Made by a program: the position numbers and the translations under genes. A DNA stretch of 64,000 nucleotides from a candidate division WOR-3 bacterium (lineage in GTDB: Bacteria > Hydrothermota > Tepidihabitantia > Tepidihabitantales > Tepidihabitantaceae), in contig CBFGJV010000007.1 in NCBI GenBank assembly GCA_965649205.1, positions 1 to 64,000 on the forward strand. Reading direction: 5' to 3'. Positions 50,087 to 59,900 of this stretch are shown here, one piece after another (position 1 is the stretch's first letter; each line of letters begins with the position of its first letter). A model generated the notes under the pieces. It was not told where the DNA came from. It saw nothing but the letters and a program-made list of their open reading frames with translations, and searched no databases.

Positions 50087-51040
50087 ATGCATACAGAATC
50101 GCACCGGCCAATGAAGGTAGCAGCGCGAACTTCTCCTCGGGAGGATGGACGGGAAGCGACAAGAGTTTCCAGCTGGCGTAGGAAGAAGATAGGTATTATT
50201 GGCGCAGGCCGGGTAGGAAGTGCGCTGGCAGTACACTGCAAGCGTTTGCGCCTTCCGCTTGTTGGAATTGCGGATAAGCGGAGTAAGCAGGCCTGGGTGG
50301 TTTACAGTTTGTTGAAAATACCATATCAGAGATGGAAACCAAGCGAACTGGCGGCCGGCAGTGATATTCTTTTTCTTACTGTTCCGGATGGGCAGATAGA
50401 ACCGTTGTTCTTGGCTATACGCAAGTGTTTACGGCACGGAACGTTGGTGGTGCACTGTTCCGGAGTGTTGGGGGTGGATGTGTTCAAGGGCGCGCAGGAA
50501 TTGGGAATTGAAACACTGGCTTTGCATCCCATACAAAGTTTTTCCAGTCATGCAGAGGCAATTCGCACCCTACCCGGTTCTTTCTTCGCCTTGGAGGGAA
50601 GCCGAGCTGGTCTGGCTTATGGTCGCAGACTGGTGCGGCAGCTGGGTGGAAACTGCGTTGAGGTAGCCGCTCCCGATCGGCCTTTATACCATGCGATGTG
50701 CGTATTTGCCTCAAACTTCGAGAATGCACTGGTGGATGCGGCAGAAAGTATTGCAGCCCGTCTGGGAATCGGCCGCAGGAGGGCAGCGAAGATGCTGGCG
50801 CCGCTGATGCGAGCAGTGCTGGATAATGCCGTGAGCTACGGTGCGCTGGCGAGTTTGACTGGACCGGTGCAGAGAGGAGATGTGAAGACTGTGGCCCGGC
50901 ATCTGCAGGCGCTGTCGTCGCGGGCACCGGAGCTGGTTCCTCTGTATCGGGAGTGCTCTCTGCGTCTGCTGGACATGGCACGACGGCAAGGGTTGGATAG
51001 CAAGTCGGCATGGGAAATCAGGGCCTTGCTGCGGGGCTAG
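50087..51040 (+). CDS. Rossmann-like + DUF2520 oxidoreductase (PanG-type ketopantoate reductase family); start uncertain
   Basis: IIGAGRVG, VPD, HCSG, LHPIQSF, YHA...ASN, LTGPVQRGD. Confidence 0.88.
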   Translation: MHTESHRPMKVAARTSPREDGREATRVSSWRRKKIGIIGAGRVGSALAVHCKRLRLPLVGIADKRSKQAWVVYSLLKIPYQRWKPSELAAGSDILFLTVPDGQIEPLFLAIRKCLRHGTLVVHCSGVLGVDVFKGAQELGIETLALHPIQSFSSHAEAIRTLPGSFFALEGSRAGLAYGRRLVRQLGGNCVEVAAPDRPLYHAMCVFASNFENALVDAAESIAARLGIGRRRAAKMLAPLMRAVLDNAVSYGALASLTGPVQRGDVKTVARHLQALSSRAPELVPLYRECSLRLLDMARRQGLDSKSAWEIRALLRG

Positions 51041-51059
51041 AACGAAAAGAAAGACTGCA

Positions 51060-52112
51060 GTGAATAGAAAAGCAGCTGTGTTATTGCTGGTTGGGGCGAT
51101 ATTGTGTGGTGTAGGAGGATGTGCTAAGAAGATGTTGCCTCCCAGTCCGGACAGGTTTACCCCGAATCTGGAGGAAATAGTTACCCGCAATCGGGTCCGG
51201 CTGGAATTGAGGTTTGACGAGGATTTGGATCCAACACGGATTTCTGCCGACAGCTTTACTATTCAAGGACCAGAAGGCAGATCTTTGACGGTAAGAGTAG
51301 CCACGGCCGGTCGCAGGACCGGAACGGTGGAACTGTGGACAGAGCCTCAGGAGCCGGTTCTGTATCGCATCACAGGGACGGTAGCGGATAGAGCAGGCAA
51401 TATCCGCAGGTTCAATAGCCGTTTTCGAGGGTCGGCAAGAATGGATACGATTGCTCCCCGGGTGTTGAAGATTACTCCGGAGCCGGGCAGTGCAGGCAGG
51501 CGCAGACCTATTGTGAGGATAGATTTCAATGAACCGGTGGATACCGCCCCGGGTCTTTCTTTCTTGTTCGTGCCCGCAGCCGCAGATAGTTTTTTCCATA
51601 CTCGCTGGGAACCTGATGGGCAGACGGTGATATGGCAGTTGGGGGAAAGAGGAGAGGGCGGGAAAGATTCGACTTTAGGAGGGAGGGATTCTGTTGCTGA
51701 TGTGCGCGCGATACTTTCCGGCGTTATCTATTTTGCGCTTCTGCCCGGGGTAACTGATTTGGAGGGTAACCGCAGCGAAGAACCAGTTTTTACTTATTTT
51801 ACGGCTGATTCGGCGTTATCGGCTCTGCCGGTGAGGGGGCGGGTAGTGTCTTCTACAAGTTGGCAGGTTGCTTTGGTGTTTTTTTATTCTCCGATCAGTC
51901 CCGGTTTGGCAGTGGTGCGAGCAGACGGCTCTTTCTCGACTGTTTTGGCGGCCGGGAAGTATAGAGTGTGGGCTGCGGCGGATGAAAATGGAGATAATCA
52001 GGCAGAGCTGGTCAGCCCGACAACAGAGTTTGCTACCGAGCAGGAAAGTCTTAATCTCCATCTGCAATATTCCGAAACGCGTAAACCGCTTGCTGCCTAC
52101 AGGCAGCCGTAA
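51060..52112 (+). CDS. Lipoprotein with bacterial Ig-like (Big_5-like) domains
   Basis: Lipobox GG-C; P.PD..P, FDE, D.AGN, DTIAP, FNEPV. Confidence 0.75.
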   Translation: MNRKAAVLLLVGAILCGVGGCAKKMLPPSPDRFTPNLEEIVTRNRVRLELRFDEDLDPTRISADSFTIQGPEGRSLTVRVATAGRRTGTVELWTEPQEPVLYRITGTVADRAGNIRRFNSRFRGSARMDTIAPRVLKITPEPGSAGRRRPIVRIDFNEPVDTAPGLSFLFVPAAADSFFHTRWEPDGQTVIWQLGERGEGGKDSTLGGRDSVADVRAILSGVIYFALLPGVTDLEGNRSEEPVFTYFTADSALSALPVRGRVVSSTSWQVALVFFYSPISPGLAVVRADGSFSTVLAAGKYRVWAAADENGDNQAELVSPTTEFATEQESLNLHLQYSETRKPLAAYRQP

Positions 52113-52125
52113 GTGGGTTGTGTCT

Positions 52126-54102
52126 ATGGATATCATTTTGACCGGATTACTGCTGCTGCTGGCGGTGGCGATGTACTTCCGCAACCTGCGCGAGGCGGGT
52201 TGGCTGCTGGTGCTGCGGTTATTGGTAGTGCTGCTTCTGGCGGCAATACTTTTAAATCGTACTCTCAGCTTTCATTGGCGGGTAAAACCGGGAAAGGTGG
52301 CGGTGCTGATTGACCGTTCTCTGAGTATGGTGCACGGCCGGGCTGATATACTGGCAGTCGCCGCGGCCCGACGTTTTCCGGTGCCGGCCGGACTGGCAAC
52401 CGAGTGGTGGGAGTTTGCTGACGGTGTCTGGAGGACGAGGTCTTTGCGTGCCGAGCCGGTGGCTACAGGTGATACGGCAGGCAATCGCCGTACGCGGCTG
52501 GGGCCGGCGCTGGCAACGATCATCAGGACTAGACCCGCAGCCGTGGTGGTAGTGAGTGACGGCCAAGATAATGGCGAGCTGAGCCCGGTGCAGGTGGCAA
52601 GGAACAGTGGTGTTCCCATCTATACCGTGGGGTGCGGGGTCACGGGGTTACGTAATGTAGAGGTGACGGGGCTGCAGGTACCGCCGGTGGTCTATGCGGG
52701 CGATACCTTCACCGTTACCGGCCGGATACGTTATTCTGGTTTTCGTTCTGAGCCGGCAACAGCCCGGGTTGGACAGAAGGTTATAGCTCTTACTTTGGGC
52801 GAAGAGACAGCAGAGCAGGAGTGCAGTTTCACTCTGACCGCGGAGGGTATCGGCTACCAACTGGTGCGGTTCCAAGTGGACACTCTTCCGGACGAATTTG
52901 CTTATGCTGATAACTACGCAGAGACAGGGGTAGAAGTACTACCAGGTCGTATCCGGCTGGCGTATGTTACCAACCGGCCTAGCCCGCAGACGCGGTTTGT
53001 GACTGATGTCATCAGACGGGAACCCAGGATGGAGTTGGCGCAGGTAGTAACACAGCCAACTGGAAGTTCCAGTGTTGCTGAGGCTGATGTTTATGTGCTA
53101 GACAACGTGAACGAGCCAGACTGGTCGACAGCCCAGAGGGACTTGCAATATCTGGTACACAAAGTGGAAAACGGCGCTGGGGCGTTGATTTTGGCCGGAC
53201 CTGACTTTTTTCCTGTCCAACTGTTGCGAGAGTTGCTGCCCAGTGGTGCAGGTGTGAATAGAAAACAGGGTAGCTTTCTTCCGCAGCTAGCCGAGGCGGG
53301 CAGGGTGTATTCCTGGCTTGCTGGTATTCGCTTCGAACGGTTGCCGCCGTTTGGCGAATTATTTGAGCCGGTCATAAATGGTCAGACTGAAGTCTGGGTG
53401 ACCACATCTGAAAATGTCTTGCCGGTGATTATGGCCTACCGGGTAGGCAAAGGAAGGGTGGTGTACGTGGCCGGACATCCTTTGTGGCGATGGGGTTTTG
53501 GTGCAGATATCCAATCGAGGAATGAGAGTCAACTCAGTATGTTTATTGTTGGTGCGGTTCGTTATCTGGCGGAAAGGGAAAGACAACTGTTTCGTATGGT
53601 AACTGACAAATCCACTTATCTGCGTGGAGAGCCAGTGCGGGTGACGCTACATGCCTTGACGCCTGACGGCTCGGCCTGGGTTGGACTGGATGCAAATCTG
53701 TGGGTCGATTCTATCCGACAGCTGCCCATGCGGGAGAGGGCAGCTGGCGCATATGAAGCCAACGTGGCCGCACTAGTTCCTGGCTACCATACCTTACGGG
53801 CCGAAGTCTTTCTGGGTGATTCACTGGTGGGAACCGCTGCTGTTTCTTTTGCCGTGTCCGCACGCGAACTGGAATTGTCCCGGTTGGGTCTGGACCGGCA
53901 GATGCTTGTCGCATTAGCCGAAGCGAGTGGAGGTCAATATTTTAGATGGGATAGTCTGCCGCCTGAAGGCTTTGCACTGGCGCAGGCTTCCTACCGTCGC
54001 AGTCTGGCATTCGAGCCGAGAAGAAGTTTCTGGGTCTATGGGTTGGTGGCTGTCCTCCTGGGGGCCGAGCTGGTACTGCGGAGGAAGAGAGGTCTATTGT
54101 GA
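52126..54102 (+). CDS. Membrane protein with VWA-like, Ig-like and class I glutamine-amidotransferase-like domains
   Basis: N-terminal TMs, MIDAS DRSLSM, SDGQDN, LWRW, C-terminal TM ending LRRKRGL. Confidence 0.75.
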   Translation: MDIILTGLLLLLAVAMYFRNLREAGWLLVLRLLVVLLLAAILLNRTLSFHWRVKPGKVAVLIDRSLSMVHGRADILAVAAARRFPVPAGLATEWWEFADGVWRTRSLRAEPVATGDTAGNRRTRLGPALATIIRTRPAAVVVVSDGQDNGELSPVQVARNSGVPIYTVGCGVTGLRNVEVTGLQVPPVVYAGDTFTVTGRIRYSGFRSEPATARVGQKVIALTLGEETAEQECSFTLTAEGIGYQLVRFQVDTLPDEFAYADNYAETGVEVLPGRIRLAYVTNRPSPQTRFVTDVIRREPRMELAQVVTQPTGSSSVAEADVYVLDNVNEPDWSTAQRDLQYLVHKVENGAGALILAGPDFFPVQLLRELLPSGAGVNRKQGSFLPQLAEAGRVYSWLAGIRFERLPPFGELFEPVINGQTEVWVTTSENVLPVIMAYRVGKGRVVYVAGHPLWRWGFGADIQSRNESQLSMFIVGAVRYLAERERQLFRMVTDKSTYLRGEPVRVTLHALTPDGSAWVGLDANLWVDSIRQLPMRERAAGAYEANVAALVPGYHTLRAEVFLGDSLVGTAAVSFAVSARELELSRLGLDRQMLVALAEASGGQYFRWDSLPPEGFALAQASYRRSLAFEPRRSFWVYGLVAVLLGAELVLRRKRGLL

Positions 54103-54863
54103 GCACAGCAAAGAAAGCCCGACCTTGGAGTTGCAGTTTTCAGTTTCGCGCGTGGATTTCAACCGTTGTCTTTCTGGGCGTATTTCTTACCCTGGGGGGA
54201 ACAGGAAAAGCTTCAGAAAACGTAGATGAGCCGAAGAGGGTAGTAGTCTGCACCGAGTCGTCAGCGGTCCATCTTGGTTTTGGAGCCAAGTTGGCGCTGC
54301 GCCTCAGAGAGCGGGGCATAACCCCGGAGCTGGTGGTTACTGCTATTGCCATGTTGCCGATTGTGGAATTGCGAGGTGCGGTGCCTGTGGGTATTAACTT
54401 GCTAGGTATGCCGTGGTACCGGGCAGTGTTGTTTGCTGTGGTTGGCAATCTGCTGCCTATTCTATTCATCCTGTTCATGCTGGAGCGGCTGGTTGCGTGG
54501 CTGGGTAGACTGCCTCTGTTGCGCAGATTTTTTGACTGGCTGTTTGCCCATGCTAAACGGAGAAGCGGCGTGATAGAGCGGTATGAGTTCTGGGGCTTGG
54601 TGGTATTTGTCGGCATACCTTTGCCCGTGACCGGCGCCTGGACCGGTTCGATTGCTGCGGTCTTGTTGGGTTTCGGTTATGGCCGAGCTTTGCTGGCGCT
54701 TACGCTTGGCGTCCTGATTGCCGCCGCGATAGTTACAGCGCTTTCCCTGCTGGGTGCATGGGGAGCGCTGATCGCCTTGGCTGTATTGGCGGCATTAGCT
54801 GGCAATGCGGTTTTGTCGGGCAGGAGGCGGGGAAAGAAGGGCATGGCAGACCAGCGGCAATAA
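54099..54863 (+). CDS. Small multi-drug export family membrane protein (COG2426)
   Basis: MLPIVELRGAVP, FVGIPLPVTGAWTG. Confidence 0.88.
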   Translation: MSTAKKARPWSCSFQFRAWISTVVFLGVFLTLGGTGKASENVDEPKRVVVCTESSAVHLGFGAKLALRLRERGITPELVVTAIAMLPIVELRGAVPVGINLLGMPWYRAVLFAVVGNLLPILFILFMLERLVAWLGRLPLLRRFFDWLFAHAKRRSGVIERYEFWGLVVFVGIPLPVTGAWTGSIAAVLLGFGYGRALLALTLGVLIAAAIVTALSLLGAWGALIALAVLAALAGNAVLSGRRRGKKGMADQRQ

Positions 54864-54865
54864 TT

Positions 54866-56857
54866 CTACCTGCCCAGTTTTTCCAGAAACATTCTGACCT
54901 TGGTTGCTTCCTGCGCGTCCGGAGCTGTGTTCAAGTAAGCCTGCAGGTAATGCCGAGCACTGTCCGGTTGTTCGGCGTAGAAGAACACTATCCCCTTGTT
55001 TTCTATTGCGCTGGCATATTCTGGGAAGTAGCGTAAGGAGAGATTGAAATCGGCCAGAGCCTTGGCGTGGTCTCCAACGCGGAAGTACAGAATGCCTCTG
55101 CGGTTGGCCGCGGCCGCGAAACGACGACACAAGTCCTGTGATTCTTTTTCGCGGAATAATCTCGTATTGTATCGTTCCGGGCCGGGAAAGGTAAAGTTTG
55201 AGGGAATGTAGAGAGAGTCAGCTGCAGAAGCGGGTAACAGCCGATAAGTTAGCCCTTGCATCTGCAGACGGAATTCATGCCACGACTCTGGCCAGGACTG
55301 GAAATCTGCCGGCATCCAGAAAATCGGTCGGGTAGTTATCCATTCCTGTACCAGAAGAAATTTTACTTCCTGCGTCGTGTTCTTAGCCAGTTCGCCAAAG
55401 CGGGCACCGGTTGCTTGACTCTGCCAGAGTCGTCGGGCAAGAGCAAAGGCGGGTTCGGGTACGACTGCACGTTTGCTCAGAGCTTCCAAATACCAAGGGA
55501 AAGCCAGCAAGTGTTCGTTCACTAGCAGGAATTGTTCCCGGTCCTGTTCGGTAAAGAGCCAGCGTAATCCTTGGGTAGTACTGTATTCATCTGTGAACAG
55601 GATTGAACCTGCGGGTATTTCTCTGAGCAGCGAGCTACTCAAGTCGCGCAGGCCGTGCAGATGGCGCCGGTTGTGGACCGGATAATGGAGAATCAGTGGC
55701 AGCAGATGCAGGGCGAAGCCAGCTGCAAGAAGCCATTTTCTTTTCCGCCGATTGATATAAGCAAATCCCAAGCCGATGAGAAGGACAAGGGCAAAGTAGG
55801 CGGGCAGGAAAAATCCTTCCTTGTCAGGAATGTTGTAGGCGAGAGCAAAGCCGGTACAAAAGACAAAGCTTAAGACCAGAGCCAGACAGAGTCTTTTGTT
55901 CTCTTTGAAACAGCAATATATCCCCGGAAAAAGAAAAAGCCAGGAGGCAAGGAACTGTTTGGCCAACAGTCCGGGCAGCAGACTAAGTTGGTTGGCAAAA
56001 TAACCCGGGACCCCGCCTTCAAGTCGGTAGCGATAGGTCCGGCTGGTGACAAATTCGTACCAGTCAGAAAGACTGTCAACCCCTCCCCAGCCTCCCAGCT
56101 GATCAGGTCGGGAGAGAAACGGCAAGGTAGCATACAGAAAGGGACCGACCAGCAGCAGAAGCAGGAGAGTTAGAATCTGTACACGTCCTAAGCGGAAAGT
56201 GGGATGCATAGTTGTCAGCAGGAGAAGCCCGGGCAACCAGAACAGTATTGTCAGGTGATTAGCCATACCCAGTCCGAAGGTGAAAGCAGCCAGAGTTAGG
56301 AGTCCTAGTGCAGAGCTGGTGGAACCACGGGTGGAGTCACCACTGGTGGCCGCTGGCATTGGACGCGAGTGGACAATTCCAGGGACAGCCCAAGTTGTAA
56401 CCGCATAAACGCAGACGGACAGAAGAAACGCATTCAAGGCATAGACCTCGAGAGCAGTAGCCTGGTTCCAGAGTTCGAAAGAGAAACCCCAGGCCAGAGC
56501 GGTAAAAAGTCCGGCCCAGCGGTTATTGGTCAAGCGGACGAGTGTCAGATATGTGAACAGACAAGAACCGGCTGCGGCGAGAGACGAAAACAAGTTCATC
56601 CGGAATGGCATTGACAGTAGAGGGATAAATGACAAGACCCGGAGGAGAAGGGTCAGTAATGGATAGCCTGGCGGGTGAGCCATACAAAACAGACGCCCGC
56701 ACAGCATCAGTTCAGTGGCGTCGGTCCAATAGATGTCCCGGCAGGCGGTCGCCAGATACAAAAGGAAAGGTATGAAAAAAGAGCCGAACGGAGGGAGACT
56801 TTGGAAGATAGAAGACCGGGTAGTCTTGGCAGCGAGTGCCAGACCAAAGCGTTTCAC
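54866..56857 (-). CDS. DUF2723 (TMEM260-like) GT-C glycosyltransferase with C-terminal TPR
   Basis: D..EL, AHPPGYPL, RMNL.S, EVY.L, NH.T, TPR-like C-terminus. Confidence 0.85.
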   Translation of the reverse strand: MKRFGLALAAKTTRSSIFQSLPPFGSFFIPFLLYLATACRDIYWTDATELMLCGRLFCMAHPPGYPLLTLLLRVLSFIPLLSMPFRMNLFSSLAAAGSCLFTYLTLVRLTNNRWAGLFTALAWGFSFELWNQATALEVYALNAFLLSVCVYAVTTWAVPGIVHSRPMPAATSGDSTRGSTSSALGLLTLAAFTFGLGMANHLTILFWLPGLLLLTTMHPTFRLGRVQILTLLLLLLVGPFLYATLPFLSRPDQLGGWGGVDSLSDWYEFVTSRTYRYRLEGGVPGYFANQLSLLPGLLAKQFLASWLFLFPGIYCCFKENKRLCLALVLSFVFCTGFALAYNIPDKEGFFLPAYFALVLLIGLGFAYINRRKRKWLLAAGFALHLLPLILHYPVHNRRHLHGLRDLSSSLLREIPAGSILFTDEYSTTQGLRWLFTEQDREQFLLVNEHLLAFPWYLEALSKRAVVPEPAFALARRLWQSQATGARFGELAKNTTQEVKFLLVQEWITTRPIFWMPADFQSWPESWHEFRLQMQGLTYRLLPASAADSLYIPSNFTFPGPERYNTRLFREKESQDLCRRFAAAANRRGILYFRVGDHAKALADFNLSLRYFPEYASAIENKGIVFFYAEQPDSARHYLQAYLNTAPDAQEATKVRMFLEKLGR

Positions 56858-56863
56858 GGCGGG

Positions 56864-56891
56864 ATTCTAAGACAGGCTGAGATGCAGTCAA
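56864..56891 (-). promoter_or_regulatory. Promoter for a probably leaderless DUF2723 mRNA
   Basis: TTGACT-N16-TAGAAT, 6 nt before the GTG; no SD. Confidence 0.7.
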
Positions 56892-56897
56892 GGCAAA

Positions 56898-56926
56898 TTG
56901 ACTCCGACAGGTGGTAAGTGTATTAT
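56898..56926 (+). promoter_or_regulatory. Divergent promoter of the giant carboxypeptidase gene
   Basis: TTGACT-N17-TATTAT, back-to-back with the DUF2723 promoter. Confidence 0.6.
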
Positions 56927-56954
56927 CATAGTAAACTAACTCATTCTGTTGGTG

Positions 56955-59900
56955 ATGTTCCGCAACCTATTTAGCACCCTGCTCCTGCTGGCAAGCAGCC
57001 AGTTTGCAGGAGTAAGTGGCTTACCCGCGGGCAGGGTGGCTTTCGACACCAGCTACTATAACAACTATGTGCGGACGATGCGTAAAATAGATTCTCTGGT
57101 TTCCTTGCGTCCCAGCATAGCTTCGCTTGAAACTATTGCTGTTACCGAAACCGGAGGGCGGGCGGTAGTGGCGGTGAAACTGGCTGGCACTGCAAGCTCC
57201 CAGGGAACGACGCCCGCGATTCTTTTTGATGGAGCCCACCACGGTTGCGAGGTGCTGACGAGTGAAGTGTGTTTGAAGCTTTTGGCCTATCTGATTGCGG
57301 GGTACGATTCTAGCCCTGTTTTGCGGCGTTACATTGACTCTTTGCGCATTTTCATAGTGCCGCTGGTGAACCCGGACGGCCACGAAGTGAACTTTGTTAC
57401 TCCTGATACTCTCTGGCGTAAGAATACCAGGGACAATAACAGCAACGGTTACTGGGACCCCGAAGACGGAGTGGATTTGAACCGCAACTATCCGTTTCTC
57501 TGGGACATCGGGGGCAGTCCGTTTCCAAGTGACCGCGAGTACAGGGGACCTTATCCTTTGAGCGAAGCAGAAACGCAAGGCATGGTTGCTTTGTGTGCGC
57601 GGGAGAAGTTTCTTACCAATATCTGTTATCATTCCAGCCTGGAGGCGGAGGGCTGGGAAAAAATATACTATCCCTGGGACTGGGGCGGTGTTCGTTCGCC
57701 GGACTATGACATCATCCGCCCCATAGCTATAGCGCTGGCCTCCAGCATCCCTAATCTCGCCGGTACGGGTACTTATTCGGCGGCGATAGGGAATGCCCTT
57801 TCCGGCGGGATGTACCGTAACTGGTCATACTACAATTACGGTGTTTTCTCCTACACCGTAGAGACCGGTATTTACTACCCTTCTCCGGCTGCAGCCGAAT
57901 CTATCTGCGCGAACAATATACTTGGTGCCCGCTATCTTCTGGGTCGGACTCTTGGTTCGGCTGTTTGGGGTCGGGTTACTGATTCGGTCGATGGTAAACC
58001 TCTGGCTGCTCAAGTACTGTTGCTGGAAGTGGATACTCTTTCTCCGCGGCCGATTCTGCCGCGGACTTCTGACTCTGTTCAGGGCCGTTTCTTTCGGCTT
58101 GTCAACCCGGGCGCCTACACTTTTCGTGTTTCGCGGCCGGGATATGTAACCAAAACAGTGTCTGTAACTGTACAAGAAGGACAACGGTCGAATTTAGAGG
58201 TGAGGCTGGCTAAACCTTCGGTTACAGTGGTTAGTCCGAATGGAGGTGAAAGCTGGATGGGTGGTACCACTCAGACTATTAGGTGGCGAAAAGCAGATGC
58301 CGGATTCGCTACCTATCGGATTGTGCTTTCACGCGACGGGGGGCTAACCTATGCCGACACTATTGCCCGTAACATACCTGCAAGCGAGACGACTTTTCGT
58401 TGGATTCTGTCTTGGGTAAATTCTGCCACCTGCAGAATAATGGTCCAGGCTTTGGATAGCACAGGTGCGTTTATCTGTCAAGATGTCAGTGATGGCAACT
58501 TTGTTATTCAGACTGCGGTAACAGTACTCGTTCCCAATGGTGGGGAGATTTTGGGTGGCGGTCTACCTTATACCGTAAGATGGCGAGTGATAGGTACGGG
58601 TTTTGCATTCTTGCGAGTGTTGCTTTCCACCAACGGTGGAATGACGTACACAGATACGATTGGTCAGGTGAGCGTGCAGGAAAGTGTCATTGTGTGGACA
58701 CCGGCCTGGATGAATGTGAATACATGTCGTATCAGGGTTCAGGCGTTGGACAGCAGTGGCGCGGTGGTGGTGCATGATGCCAGCGACGGTAACTTCGCGG
58801 TGCGGACAGCAGTGACTGTAATGTCCCCGAACGGGGGTGAGTTTTGGGCCACTGGTGGTTATCGGACGGTAAGATGGACTCGAACAGGTGGTGGATTCAG
58901 TGGCTATAGACTTCTTCTTTCTATGGATGGCGGTTTTACCTTTAAAGACACCATCGCCCGGGATGTGAACCCGGCCGAGAGTAGTTTTGTCTGGGTGATA
59001 CCAACCGCTAACTCCAGTACCTGCTGGCTTATGGTTCAGGCGTTGGACAGCGCAGGCGGCGTGGTATGTCAGGACGCCAGTGATGGCAGCTTTACGATTG
59101 CCGGCGTGGTAACCGTGTCGGTGCCAAATGGGGGAGAAGTCTGGGCCGGGAACGGCTTCCAGAACATCTATTGGAAGAAAACGGGCGTCAGTTTCGAATA
59201 TCACCGGCTACTGCTTTCGCGCAACGGGGGACTTACCTATTCCGACACTATCGCGGCATATGTGGCGGCCGCAGAAAGCTCATACAGATGGCAGGTGTTT
59301 CCCGTCAATACGGATAAGTGTCGGGTGTGCGTGCAGCTAGTTGATGCGTCTGGTCAGGTGGTGGCTGCGGACTGGAGCGATCTTGATTTTACAATTGATT
59401 CGGACCCGCCTCTGGGTTTCAATCTGGTTCGACCGGCCAACTCTGCCTGGGCTAGCGGCACTCCGATTTTTATATGGAACAGCGCCAGGGACAATTTCGG
59501 TATTGGCTATTACCAATTGTTTGTAGATGGGATATTGCGTATGGACAGTATTGCCGATACTGTTTGTACGTTTCTGCCGCCGGCCCTCGGTGAAGGCCTA
59601 AGAACCTGGACGGTGAAGGCAGTAGACCGGGCTGGAAACGCACGGCAATCAACGCAGACTTTTTCAGTCCGTATAGATACCACCCCTCCAGGTCCTTTTC
59701 ATCTGCTTGCTCCAGCCGAGAGTTCCTGGATCAGCCGGAGTCTGTCGGTCCTTTCTTGGCAAGCCTCGTATGATGTTGGTTGTGGGCTTGCCGGTTATCA
59801 GTTATGGATTGACGGAGTTCCTAACCGGACGGATCTGTCCGCAAGTCAGACTTCGTGCTTGCCCGTTGCTCCTCTGAGTTTAGGATTGCACTCTTGGCAA

